DNA of 64,000 nucleotides from an uncultured Spirochaetota bacterium (GTDB lineage: Bacteria; Spirochaetota; Spirochaetia; SZUA-6; Fen-1364), in the NCBI GenBank assembly GCA_963781885.1, contig CAWAHW010000006.1, positions 256,001-320,000 on the forward strand, read 5' to 3'. Within the stretch, counting starts at the first letter, position 1; each line of letters opens with the position of its first letter. Shown here piece after piece: positions 38,878 through 48,330 of this stretch. Below the pieces are notes generated by a model. The model saw only the letters and a program-made list of their open reading frames with translations. It searched no databases and was not told where the DNA came from. Position numbers and translations under genes: made by a program.

Positions 38878-40223
38878 GCTTCATCCCCAACACCGACGCC
38901 GACCGGGCACGCATGCTGGAGACGGTGGGCGTCGGCTCGGTGGCCGAGCTCTTCCACGACGTGCCGGAAAAGCACCGCTTCCCGCGGCTGGACCTGCCGC
39001 CTGCCCTTTCGGAGCTGGAGATCATGCGGGAGCTGGAAGAATCGTCGGCCCGCAACGCCTCGGCGGGGAGCACCCCGTGCTTCCTCGGCGCAGGCGCCTA
39101 TCACCACTTCATCCCCAGCATCGTCGACGCGGTGATCTCCCGGTCCGAGTTCGCCACGGCGTATACGCCCTACCAGCCCGAGATCAGCCAGGGCACGCTG
39201 CAGGCCATTTTCGAATACCAGACCATGATCGCGCGCCTGACGGGCATGGAGGTCTCCAACGCCTCCCACTATGACGGTGCCACGTCCACCGCGGAGGCGG
39301 TCATCATGGCGCTGAACGTGAGCCAGCACCAGCGGCCGCGCGTGCTGCTCTCCGCCGGCGTGCATCCGCAGTACCGCGAGGTGGTGCGCACGTACACCCA
39401 GGGCATGAGGCTCCGCATCGAGGGCGATGAAGACGACCTGCCGCTGGAAAAGCTCGCGTCCCTGTGCGACTCTTCCACGGCCTGCGTCGTGGTGGCCAAC
39501 CCCGATTTTCTGGGCCGCATTTCCCCGCCGGCAACCCTTTCGCGCCTTGCCGAAAAGGTGCATGCCTGCGGCGCGCTCCTCGTGGTCGCCGCAAACCCCG
39601 TGCCGCTCGGACTCCTGGTGCCACCGGGGGAATCCGGCGCCGACGTGGTGGTCGGTGAAGGCCAGGCGCTGGGCAACACAATGTCGTTCGGCGGCCCCGG
39701 TCTGGGCTTCTTCGCTTTCCGCCGGGAACAGATTCGCCGGTCCAGCGGACGGATCGCCGGCGAGACGGTGGACCGGGCCGGCGTGCGCGGCTATGTCTTC
39801 ACGCTCAGCACCCGCGAGCAGCACATACGCCGGGAGAAGGCCACCTCCAACATCTGCACAAACCAGTCCCTGAACGCACTGGCCGCGGCAGTCTACCTCG
39901 CGGCGGTGGGACCCCGCGGCCTTCGGCGGGTCGCGGAGCTGTGCTGGCACAAGGCCCACTACGCGGCCGCGCGCATCGCGAAGATCCCCGGTTTCTCCGT
40001 GGAGCGCGCCGAGTTCTTCCACGAGTTTTCCGTGCACTGCCCGAAACCGGTGGCCGCCGTCAATCGCCGACTCTTCGAAGGGCATGGCATCATCGGCGGC
40101 TACGAGCTGGGCCGCGACTACCCCGCGCGCAAGGACGAGATGCTACTCTGCTGCACGGAAATGAACAGCCGCGCGGAAATCGACCTTCTGGTCGACGCGC
40201 TGTCGGAGGTGGGCAATGCCTGA
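38874..40223 (+). CDS. gcvPA: Glycine dehydrogenase subunit 1
   Basis: FLGAGAY, YTPYQPEISQGTLQ, NASHYDG, REQHIRREKATSNICTN. Confidence 0.95.
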   Translation: MSFIPNTDADRARMLETVGVGSVAELFHDVPEKHRFPRLDLPPALSELEIMRELEESSARNASAGSTPCFLGAGAYHHFIPSIVDAVISRSEFATAYTPYQPEISQGTLQAIFEYQTMIARLTGMEVSNASHYDGATSTAEAVIMALNVSQHQRPRVLLSAGVHPQYREVVRTYTQGMRLRIEGDEDDLPLEKLASLCDSSTACVVVANPDFLGRISPPATLSRLAEKVHACGALLVVAANPVPLGLLVPPGESGADVVVGEGQALGNTMSFGGPGLGFFAFRREQIRRSSGRIAGETVDRAGVRGYVFTLSTREQHIRREKATSNICTNQSLNALAAAVYLAAVGPRGLRRVAELCWHKAHYAAARIAKIPGFSVERAEFFHEFSVHCPKPVAAVNRRLFEGHGIIGGYELGRDYPARKDEMLLCCTEMNSRAEIDLLVDALSEVGNA

Positions 40224-41679
40224 GCCTCTTCTCTTCGATGTTTCGCGGCCGGGCCGCGAAGGGGTGGCCCTGCCGGTCTCCGATGTCCCCGAGACCGCGA
40301 TTCCGGCGGGGCTCGTCCGCGCGGGCCTCGACCTCCCGGAGGTGGCCGAGCCGGAAGTGATGCGCCACTACGTGCGCCTCTCCCACATGAACTACTCGGT
40401 GGATACCGGCCTCTATCCCCTTGGCTCGTGCACCATGAAATACAACCCGAAGGTGAATGAGAGCGCGGCGCGCCTTGCAGGATTCACGCACCTGCACCCC
40501 CTCCAGGATCCTGCCACCTCCCAGGGCGCCATCGGGCTCATGTTTGCCCTCCAGGCCATGATCGCGGAGATCGGCGGCTTCCATTCCGTCACGCTCCAGC
40601 CCTCGGCGGGCGCCCACGGGGAGCTCACGGGCATCCTCATCATGCGCGCCTGGCATGCCTCCCGCGGCGACACCACGCGGACGCGCGTCCTCGTGCCCGA
40701 TTCCGCGCACGGCACGAATCCGGCAACCAGCAGCATGGCCGGCTTCGAGGCGGTGGAAATACCCTCCGACGCGCGCGGCAACATCGACCTTGCGAAGCTC
40801 CGCGGGCACCTGGACGGGCGGGTCGCGGGCCTCATGCTCACGAATCCCAACACGCTCGGGCTGTTCGAGGAGAATCTCCTCGAGGTGACGCGTCTGGTGC
40901 ACGAGGCCGGGGGCCTGGTGTACGGGGACGGGGCCAACTTCAACGCGCTCCTGGGCGTGGCGCGGCCCGGGCATATGGGCATCGACGTGATGCATTTCAA
41001 TCTCCACAAGACCTTCTCCACGCCGCACGGCGGCGGCGGGCCCGGGGCGGGAGCGGTGGGGGTCGCCGAGTCGCTGGCGGATTTCCTGCCGGGGCCGCTT
41101 GCGGCACGCACGGGCTCCGGGCCTTCCGCGTGCTTCACGTGGTCCCATCCGCGAAGATCGATTGGACGGGTGAGGAGCTTCCAGGGCAATTTCGGCATTC
41201 TCGTGCGCGCCTACACCTACATGCGGATGCTCGGCGCCGACGGCATGCGCGCCGTCGCGGAGAACGCCGTGCTCAACGCGAACTACCTCCAGGCGCGCCT
41301 CGCAGACGTGTATCCCGTGCCCCACGGCGACCGCACGTGCATGCACGAGTTCGTCGCCCAGGGCAGGCTCGCCGGAGCCCCGGGCGTCCGCGCGCTGGAC
41401 ATCTCCAAGCGCCTGATCGACTACGGCTTCCATCCGCCGACGAACTATTTCCCGCTCATCGTACCGGAGGCGCTCATGATCGAGCCCACCGAAACGGAGA
41501 GCAAGGAGACCCTGGACGGCTTCGTCGAGGCCCTGCGCGACATCGCGCGGGAGGCGGCGGCGAATCCCGAGCTTCTCCACGACGCGCCGCACGCCTCGCC
41601 CGTGCGGAGGCTGGACGAGGTGAAAGCCGCGAAGGAGCTTGCCGTCACCGCGCCTCACCGGCCGCCGCGGGAGGGTTAG
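40216..41679 (+). CDS. gcvPB: Glycine dehydrogenase subunit 2
   Basis: YPLGSCTMKYNP, SAHGTNPA, NLHKTFSTPHGGGGPG, MIEPTETE. Confidence 0.95.
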   Translation: MPEPLLFDVSRPGREGVALPVSDVPETAIPAGLVRAGLDLPEVAEPEVMRHYVRLSHMNYSVDTGLYPLGSCTMKYNPKVNESAARLAGFTHLHPLQDPATSQGAIGLMFALQAMIAEIGGFHSVTLQPSAGAHGELTGILIMRAWHASRGDTTRTRVLVPDSAHGTNPATSSMAGFEAVEIPSDARGNIDLAKLRGHLDGRVAGLMLTNPNTLGLFEENLLEVTRLVHEAGGLVYGDGANFNALLGVARPGHMGIDVMHFNLHKTFSTPHGGGGPGAGAVGVAESLADFLPGPLAARTGSGPSACFTWSHPRRSIGRVRSFQGNFGILVRAYTYMRMLGADGMRAVAENAVLNANYLQARLADVYPVPHGDRTCMHEFVAQGRLAGAPGVRALDISKRLIDYGFHPPTNYFPLIVPEALMIEPTETESKETLDGFVEALRDIAREAAANPELLHDAPHASPVRRLDEVKAAKELAVTAPHRPPREG

Positions 41680-41690
41680 GCGCCGCGCCG

Positions 41691-42053
41691 ATGCTCTCCA
41701 TGGTGATCCTGCTTCTCATCTTCGCGGCCCTCGTGGCGACCCTCACGGTCGTCGTCATGCGTCTCGCCGGCCGCGCGCTGGGGGGCACAATCGCCCGGCG
41801 CGTGGAGGCGGCAGAGTACATCCAGAAGACCGGCAAGGTCCCCCCGTCGTGGGTGAGCGACGCGCCGGGCCCCCCCGCCCGAGACTTTGCCCGGATTCAT
41901 TCCGATGTCCTGAGGCGCCTGGACGATCTGTGCCAGTTCTACGAGCGCGCGCGGGTGCCGGAAAACCCTGGCCCGCATGCGGTTCTCCTCTCCCTTCTGC
42001 GAAAGACCCGCGCCGAGTGGGCAAACAGGGACATCGAGTCGCTTCTTTCATAG
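41691..42053 (+). CDS. Small membrane-anchored hypothetical protein
   Basis: N-terminal TM helix; ATG 11 nt after the gcvPB stop. Confidence 0.55.
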   Translation: MLSMVILLLIFAALVATLTVVVMRLAGRALGGTIARRVEAAEYIQKTGKVPPSWVSDAPGPPARDFARIHSDVLRRLDDLCQFYERARVPENPGPHAVLLSLLRKTRAEWANRDIESLLS

Positions 42054-42227
42054 ACCTTCGCCGCAGCGTGCGGCCGCCAACTGTTTGTCTGAAATACCTG
42101 AAATAGCATTTCACTATTGCCTTTTTGATATATAGCTTATCCGTGATATGTTATTGAGTACAGGCGACGGACGCAAGCCCCGGGGCGGTGCGCACGACAG
42201 GTGCGCTGTCGTCAGAAGGACGGTGCG

Positions 42228-44417
42228 ATGAGCAAGGCATTTGTTGTTCTCTTCTGCTGTGTCGTGACATTCGGCATTGGGGCGCAAGCCGCCGCGCCGA
42301 ACGCACAAGCCCTGCCGAACACGGCAGCGCCGGCCGCGGCACCTTCTTCCGCCGCCGGCACACCGCTGAAGTTTTCCCCGTTCTGGATCGAGCTCTCTCC
42401 CACGGTCACCTTCCCCCTGGGCGACAGCGCGATGGACTTCGGCTTCGGCGGCGGTGGCTCGCTCCTGATGGAGTACCGCCTTCCCTTCCTGCCCGTGGCA
42501 TCGCTTCGCACCAACCTGGAATACGGCTACTATCCCATCCCCGCCCGGGAGACGGTTTCCTTTGCGTCGGCAGGAGCCGGCGTCGCCCTGGCCTACAACA
42601 TCGCCCCCTTCCTGGGCATCAAGGCGTACGCCGACGGGGGAGCCACGTACGGTTTTTTCAATACGACTTTTGAAGGCTACTGGAACCCCTACGTGCAGGG
42701 TGGGCTCGGCCTGTACCTGTCCTTCCCGCCTGGATTCGTCATCAACATCGGCGGGACATTCCTTTACCAGATAGGGCTTTACATGGGCGTTGGGGCCACG
42801 CTGGGCGCCTCCATCGGCCTCGGCACCCCGGTCACCGTGCAGACCTTCGCGCCGAAATCCGCGCGTCTCCCTCCGAAGGCCCAGCCGCTGGTCAAGCAGG
42901 GCTCGGGCCTGGAGCTGAGCCAGGCGAATATCTCCGACATCTACCCCGTGTTCTACAAGTTCTACGACGACCATCCCATCGGCACGGCCGTCCTCCACAA
43001 CTGGGAAAGGTCGGCCGTCACGAACGTCTCCGTGAGCGTCTGGGTGAAGGACTACATGAGCGACCCCAAGGAGGTGAAGGGGCCGGACCGGATAGAGCCG
43101 GGCAAGGACGCAGACGTTGACCTGTACGGATTGTTCCGCAAAGATATCCTGGACAACACGGAGGACACGAAAGTCTCCGCCACCATCTCGCTGCACTACA
43201 CGCTGAATGGCAAGGACGTGAGCAAGGACACGGTGGAAACCATCAGGGTCCTGAAGCGCAACTCCCTCACCTGGGACGATGACCGCAAGGCGGCCGCCTT
43301 TGTGTCGCCGAACGATCCCACGGCGGCGAAATTCGCCAAGAACGTCGCCTCCGCCATCAGCGGAAAGGGGAATACCGCGGTGGAGCCGAACGTACGCATG
43401 GCGGCGGCCATCCACGACGCTCTCACCCTCTACGGCCTCACCTATTCCACGGACCCCGTTGCGACGCTGAACTCCGACAACAAGACCGTTGACTACATCC
43501 AGTTCCCGCAGCAAACGCTCGACTACAAGAGCGGCAAGTGCAGCGACTTCTCGGCGCTGTACGCCTCCATGTTCGAAGCGGTGGGCCTGGAGACTGCCTT
43601 CATCACGATTCCGGGCCACATCTACATGGCGGTCGCGCTCAGCCTGAGCCCGGACGACGCCCGCGCGGCGTTCACGCACCGGGACGACCTGATCTTCAAG
43701 GACAAGAAGGTGTGGCTGCCCATAGAGATCACGCTGCGCGACGGCGGATTCGTGAAGGCATGGCAGCTCGGCGCCAAGGAATGGCGCGAAAACCTGGCGA
43801 AGAACCAGGCGGTTCTCTACCCGCTGCACGACGCATGGAAGGTGTACGAGCCGGTGGGATTTGCCGCCACCGCCTCCGATGTGCAGATTCCTGCCAATGA
43901 CCTGATTGCGAAGGCGATGGCGACCGACCTCGACGCTTTCGTGCAGGGGGAGATGGGAACACAGGAGCTCGCGCTCAAGGCCGCCGTCACGAAGGCGACC
44001 ACCGTTGCCGCGAAGTCCAAGGCCGTGAACAGCCTTGCGGTCCTGCACTCCCGGTTCGGCCTCCTGGACCAGGCCATCGGCGAGTTCACCCAGGTCCTCG
44101 CGAAGGACGAGTACGTGCCGGCCCTGGTGAATCTGGGCAACATCTACTTCCTGCGGGCCAGTTACGACAAAGCCCTCGAGTACTACAACCGGGCGTCCAA
44201 GAAGGCGCCGAAAAACCCGACGGTGCTTCTCAGCATCGCGCGGGCGAATCATGCGCTGGAGAACTACTCCATCGCCAAGGCCGCGTATGCCGACCTGCAG
44301 GCAGTCGCGCCGGACCTTGCTCAACAATTCGCCTACCTCGACCTTCGGGGCGAGGAGGCCACGCGCGCCGCGGACGTGAGCGGCGTCCTGGGGACGGTGG
44401 TATGGTCAGATCAGTAA
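42228..44417 (+). CDS. Exported multidomain protein: putative small OM beta-barrel + Ig-like + transglutaminase-like Cys domain + TPR
   Basis: Signal peptide; amphipathic Gly/aromatic strands (NLEYGYY, GAGVALAYNI, NPYVQGGLGLYL); GKCSDFSALYASMFEAVG...IPGHIYM...WLPIEIT; TPRs (ALVNLGNIYFLRASYDKALEYYNRA). Confidence 0.75.
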   Translation: MSKAFVVLFCCVVTFGIGAQAAAPNAQALPNTAAPAAAPSSAAGTPLKFSPFWIELSPTVTFPLGDSAMDFGFGGGGSLLMEYRLPFLPVASLRTNLEYGYYPIPARETVSFASAGAGVALAYNIAPFLGIKAYADGGATYGFFNTTFEGYWNPYVQGGLGLYLSFPPGFVINIGGTFLYQIGLYMGVGATLGASIGLGTPVTVQTFAPKSARLPPKAQPLVKQGSGLELSQANISDIYPVFYKFYDDHPIGTAVLHNWERSAVTNVSVSVWVKDYMSDPKEVKGPDRIEPGKDADVDLYGLFRKDILDNTEDTKVSATISLHYTLNGKDVSKDTVETIRVLKRNSLTWDDDRKAAAFVSPNDPTAAKFAKNVASAISGKGNTAVEPNVRMAAAIHDALTLYGLTYSTDPVATLNSDNKTVDYIQFPQQTLDYKSGKCSDFSALYASMFEAVGLETAFITIPGHIYMAVALSLSPDDARAAFTHRDDLIFKDKKVWLPIEITLRDGGFVKAWQLGAKEWRENLAKNQAVLYPLHDAWKVYEPVGFAATASDVQIPANDLIAKAMATDLDAFVQGEMGTQELALKAAVTKATTVAAKSKAVNSLAVLHSRFGLLDQAIGEFTQVLAKDEYVPALVNLGNIYFLRASYDKALEYYNRASKKAPKNPTVLLSIARANHALENYSIAKAAYADLQAVAPDLAQQFAYLDLRGEEATRAADVSGVLGTVVWSDQ

Positions 44418-46258
44418 GAATCACATTTGCCGCGGGTGCGGCGGCGTGCTGTATTGCCTTGTCGGGATGTCCGAGCCCCCTCCTGGCCCGGATCAAGCAG
44501 GAGATCGCGAAGTTTCCCTTCACGGCCACGAGCTACACGTTTTCGACGCAGTGGGGGAACCCGAGCCCGCAGTATTCCTTCGGGGCGGCCGTAGTAAAGG
44601 CGGACACCGCCGGATACGTCTATGTTGCCGACAACACGTTCCGGATAAGGAAGTTCGACTCCACCGGGGCCATACAGAAGACCTATGACGTCCCCGCGAG
44701 CGGAGGCCTCAACGCCGCGGTCAGGGACATGGCCTTCGATGCGAGCGGCAACATGTATGTCGCCACGTATGCCACTTCGAACGGAACGAGCCAGATCCTT
44801 AAGTTCGATGTTTCCGGCAATAATCTTAACTGGACACCAAGTGCCACGATCACGACTGCAACCGCGCTTGCCGTTGACTCATCCGGAAATCTGTACGTGG
44901 TCGACAGCGGCAAGACTCCACCCCAGGTTATGGTATTCAGTCCAGCGGGAACCCTGATCACCTCCTGGACCGGCAAGGGGAATCCCCAGACAGGCGCGTC
45001 CGATTTCAACACGCCGACAGGGATTGCGATCGACTACTGGGGCAAAGTTTACGTCATTGACTATACGACCGGCGGCACAATCAGGAAGTTCGACCCCAAT
45101 GGCGGCCTCTACGCGACGAGCTATTCGAGCTTTGGTGCCTTTACAATCGGCGATCCCACTGCACTCTCCGTTGACGCTTCGTCTTCGCCGACGTTCTATA
45201 TCGCGGACTCCCTCAACAGCCGGATCGTCAAGACGGACCTGGGATCCAACAACTCCACCTTTGGCAGCAGCGGTGCAGGGAACGGGCAGTTCACGACCCT
45301 TGCCGGTGTCGCCGTCGATTCTTCCGGCAACGTGTACGTAACCGATTCTCCCAACGGCACCAATCTTGGCGATACGTCGCGCGTGCAGAAATTCAACAGC
45401 GCCGGGGCCTGGACGGCAACCTGGGGTGGCACTGCCCTGGCGGGGAACGGCCAGTTCAACGCCCCTGACGGAGCGGCGTACGACTCGTCGGGCAACCTGT
45501 ACGTCGTGGACGTGAACAATCACCGGGTCCAGAAATTCGACCCGACAGGTGCATACCTTGGACAGTGGGGCACCCCCTCAACCTACACCCCCGCCCTCGG
45601 GTCGATCGCGGTGGACTCGGCAGGCAATGTGTATCTCCCGGACACCGGAGGCACGCCCAGCATCCATATGTTGGACTCGTCCCTCAACCCAGTGAGAAAC
45701 ATCGGCGCAGGAACTTTAAGCAGCCCGGAAGGCGTTGCTCTCGATTCCGCGGGGAACGTCTACGTTGCCGACGCCAACAAAGAAGCGGTTTTCATATTCG
45801 ACCCCAACGGCTACGCGCATAGCCCGGCAAGCTTTGGGACGTTTGGCGCCGCAGACGGCCAGTTCGAACTGCCCGTCGGTATCGCCGTCGACAGTGGGGG
45901 CAATATCTATGTCGCCGATCTGGACATATTCCAGGCGAAGACGAACCTGATACAGAAATTCGACAAGAATGGCAATTTTGTGAAGTCCTGGGGGACGCGC
46001 GGGGCGGGTGACGGCCAAATCTACTATGCCATTGGCCTCGCAATCGACAAGTACGACAATGTCTACGCCACTGACTTCGTCAACAGGCGTGTCGAGAAAT
46101 TCGATTCAAATGGCACCTTCCTCACCAAGTTTGGAAGCGTCGGGGTGGGCAATGGAACATTCGGCTGGCCATTCAATGTTGCCGTCAATTCCACCGGCAC
46201 AGTCGCCGTGGCCGATTTGACGAACGACCTTGTTCAGTTGATGACGCCCTCGCCATAG
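44402..46258 (+). CDS. NHL-repeat (beta-propeller) lipoprotein
   Basis: Lipobox LSGC; about 11-12 repeats of GQF..P.GIAVDSSGNVYVAD..N.RVQKFD; overlaps the upstream gene by 16 bp. Confidence 0.85.
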   Translation: MVRSVRITFAAGAAACCIALSGCPSPLLARIKQEIAKFPFTATSYTFSTQWGNPSPQYSFGAAVVKADTAGYVYVADNTFRIRKFDSTGAIQKTYDVPASGGLNAAVRDMAFDASGNMYVATYATSNGTSQILKFDVSGNNLNWTPSATITTATALAVDSSGNLYVVDSGKTPPQVMVFSPAGTLITSWTGKGNPQTGASDFNTPTGIAIDYWGKVYVIDYTTGGTIRKFDPNGGLYATSYSSFGAFTIGDPTALSVDASSSPTFYIADSLNSRIVKTDLGSNNSTFGSSGAGNGQFTTLAGVAVDSSGNVYVTDSPNGTNLGDTSRVQKFNSAGAWTATWGGTALAGNGQFNAPDGAAYDSSGNLYVVDVNNHRVQKFDPTGAYLGQWGTPSTYTPALGSIAVDSAGNVYLPDTGGTPSIHMLDSSLNPVRNIGAGTLSSPEGVALDSAGNVYVADANKEAVFIFDPNGYAHSPASFGTFGAADGQFELPVGIAVDSGGNIYVADLDIFQAKTNLIQKFDKNGNFVKSWGTRGAGDGQIYYAIGLAIDKYDNVYATDFVNRRVEKFDSNGTFLTKFGSVGVGNGTFGWPFNVAVNSTGTVAVADLTNDLVQLMTPSP

Positions 46259-46693
46259 CGGGAAAAGGGAGATAATGTCAAAGGGGTGCTTCGAGGCGGC
46301 CTGACTTTCGATTTCTCCGCAGGTGGTCTTCCGGTCACCATCTGATTCTGGACGCGGTGGTAATGCGACGAGCAAACGTCGATGGTTTGGCTCTGTCCAA
46401 TATCCATTTCAACAAATATCAGTTTCGCCTTCTGGATCAGGCTAGACAAGTTTACGCGCCGAGGACCACGGACTATCGTTGCGGAGCTCTGGCAGAGGTG
46501 CTATAATGCCATCAGTACGTCAATGATATCATCTGTCGGTATTGGAAATTTGTTTGCGTCGCGATTTCCTTCCGTGACGAATATGTCTTGCACGGGACCA
46601 CCTGCAAGTCCACTAATCAGCTGAACGTGCGTTTCAGAGGCTGGCCACAGGGCCTTGAAGTGTATTGAAAAGGAATATTGCCACGGAGGTCGT

Positions 46694-47668
46694 ATGAAAA
46701 AGCTCTTGCTCGCTTTCTTGATGATTGCAATTGTTCTCAGCTTCTCAACGTGCAAGTTCATTGACTCGATCTTTTTCGTCGCATCAAGTGTTTCCCCGAG
46801 TGATCTTCCAAGCTATACGGGCACACCCCCGACCACCCGCGTACAAGCCATACAATCTTTTGGCACTGGCGGAATGCTGGCGTTTGAGGCAATCGGCAAA
46901 GATATGGCGCAACGGCAGGAGTTCCAGAACTTCGGCAAATCCGTACCCATGTGGTTCTTTGGAAACACCCCGACTGGAAAACTGATACAGAAGGCCATCG
47001 CAAATAAACTTGCGCGCACAATCACGCTTACGGGCTCCGGCTTCAGCTCCGCCGATCTCAATACGGTTGCGAACAAGGAGATCCATCTCGATATCGAGAA
47101 CGAGAATGTAAACAACTCAAATGTGGATTCAAGCGGCGTGTCAGGCGCAATAGTCATCGACAAGTGCAAGGTCGACATCGTGGGCACGGCGAATGGGCTT
47201 TCGTCCAGCCATCCGCCGACATCCGTCGATCTCACGCAGGGAGATGCCGATGTCTCTGTCACGGTGACCAATTTCAAGGACACGAATTGGGACCCCAACA
47301 TAACGGTCAACGGCGCCAAGATCGGCTTGAAGTTCAAATCGACTGGCAACGCGACACTCAACTCGTCGACAGGCGCCCCGACGGACCTCACGTGGGACGT
47401 CTCGGCAAGCATGAAGGCAGGCATTTCCGTTACCGACACCTTGTCGGGCGACTACAGCGGAAAATACATTCTTGAGCTGAGCTACTACGACAACGGAAGC
47501 CTCACATCGTCAGATCTCAGCAGCACGGATCCGTATGCCGCGATCGGCAAGATCACTTTCAGCCTCTCGATCAAGAGCTATGACAACAGCAATAACCTGC
47601 TGAACTCATGGACATTCGATCAGAGCGACCTACAAGACGAACTCGAAAGTATGAATTCCCCATCCTGA
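46694..47668 (+). CDS. Hypothetical Ser/Thr/Asn-rich beta lipoprotein
   Basis: MKK + hydrophobic core + spirochaetal-type lipobox FSTC; GGAGG SD; lower GC. Confidence 0.7.
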   Translation: MKKLLLAFLMIAIVLSFSTCKFIDSIFFVASSVSPSDLPSYTGTPPTTRVQAIQSFGTGGMLAFEAIGKDMAQRQEFQNFGKSVPMWFFGNTPTGKLIQKAIANKLARTITLTGSGFSSADLNTVANKEIHLDIENENVNNSNVDSSGVSGAIVIDKCKVDIVGTANGLSSSHPPTSVDLTQGDADVSVTVTNFKDTNWDPNITVNGAKIGLKFKSTGNATLNSSTGAPTDLTWDVSASMKAGISVTDTLSGDYSGKYILELSYYDNGSLTSSDLSSTDPYAAIGKITFSLSIKSYDNSNNLLNSWTFDQSDLQDELESMNSPS

Positions 47669-47691
47669 GGTCCGCCAGTCGCCAGTGTTTG

Positions 47692-47721
47692 AAAAGGCCG
47701 CGCCCGAAGCGCGGCCTTTTT
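47692..47721. terminator. Bidirectional intrinsic terminator
   Basis: AAAAGGCCGCGC-CCGAA-GCGCGGCCTTTTT between convergent genes. Confidence 0.85.
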
Positions 47722-47884
47722 GGTGTGCAGCGGGCTACTGGCCGATAAGCCCATATCCAGGTTACTTCGGATCTGCTAACCACCCCCAGTACGCTCAAGC
47801 GCCGCGTGCGCAACTCGCAGGGGCGGTGGTGTGACGACAGGGAATGCCCGTGAGGGTCAACCGAGGTAAGGGGCAGCGCTCCCT

Positions 47885-48316
47885 CTACCTGATGATATTC
47901 GTGAGGTTGGACTGGCTCGTGCCGAGCCAGAGCTGCTCGATCCGGTAGTCGTCCGTCCCGTATATCTCCATGACGAACTTGATAGCGGGTGATCCGGTGC
48001 CGAATGCCGCTGGCCCGGTGATGACGGCCGTTACATTTGTCGGGTCCGTCTCGTCGATGCTGCTCAGGGAGTAGGCGGTGTCGCTGTTGACGAGTGGGAA
48101 CGGGGTCGTCCAGTCGAAATTGGGGAGCGTCGAATAATCCTGCGTATCCGTTGGGTGGAAGTTGCCCTGCATATCCGACCGGGTGGAGGAGTTGAGGCTC
48201 GACAGAAAGTCGTTGAGCCTGTCGTCGATGGTAACTGGCGCCACGCCGCAACTGATGACAGCCAGCGCCACAACTGTTGCAAGGGCAATCAGCCCGACAA
48301 TGCGCTTTGCACCCAT
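47885..48316 (-). CDS. Small hypothetical lipoprotein (NTF2-like pattern)
   Basis: Lipobox VISC; helix then strands ending YRIEQLWL. Confidence 0.65.
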   Translation of the reverse strand: MGAKRIVGLIALATVVALAVISCGVAPVTIDDRLNDFLSSLNSSTRSDMQGNFHPTDTQDYSTLPNFDWTTPFPLVNSDTAYSLSSIDETDPTNVTAVITGPAAFGTGSPAIKFVMEIYGTDDYRIEQLWLGTSQSNLTNIIR

Positions 48317-48330
48317 GGAATCCCTCCTGT

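Noticed and set aside
37388-41679. gcv operon lacking the L protein
   Set aside because: Dihydrolipoamide dehydrogenase is commonly encoded elsewhere; not unusual.
42114-44327. 737-aa antisense ORF and many other long overlapping ORFs in the track
   Set aside because: Typical shadow ORFs of high-GC coding sequence with no recognisable motifs.
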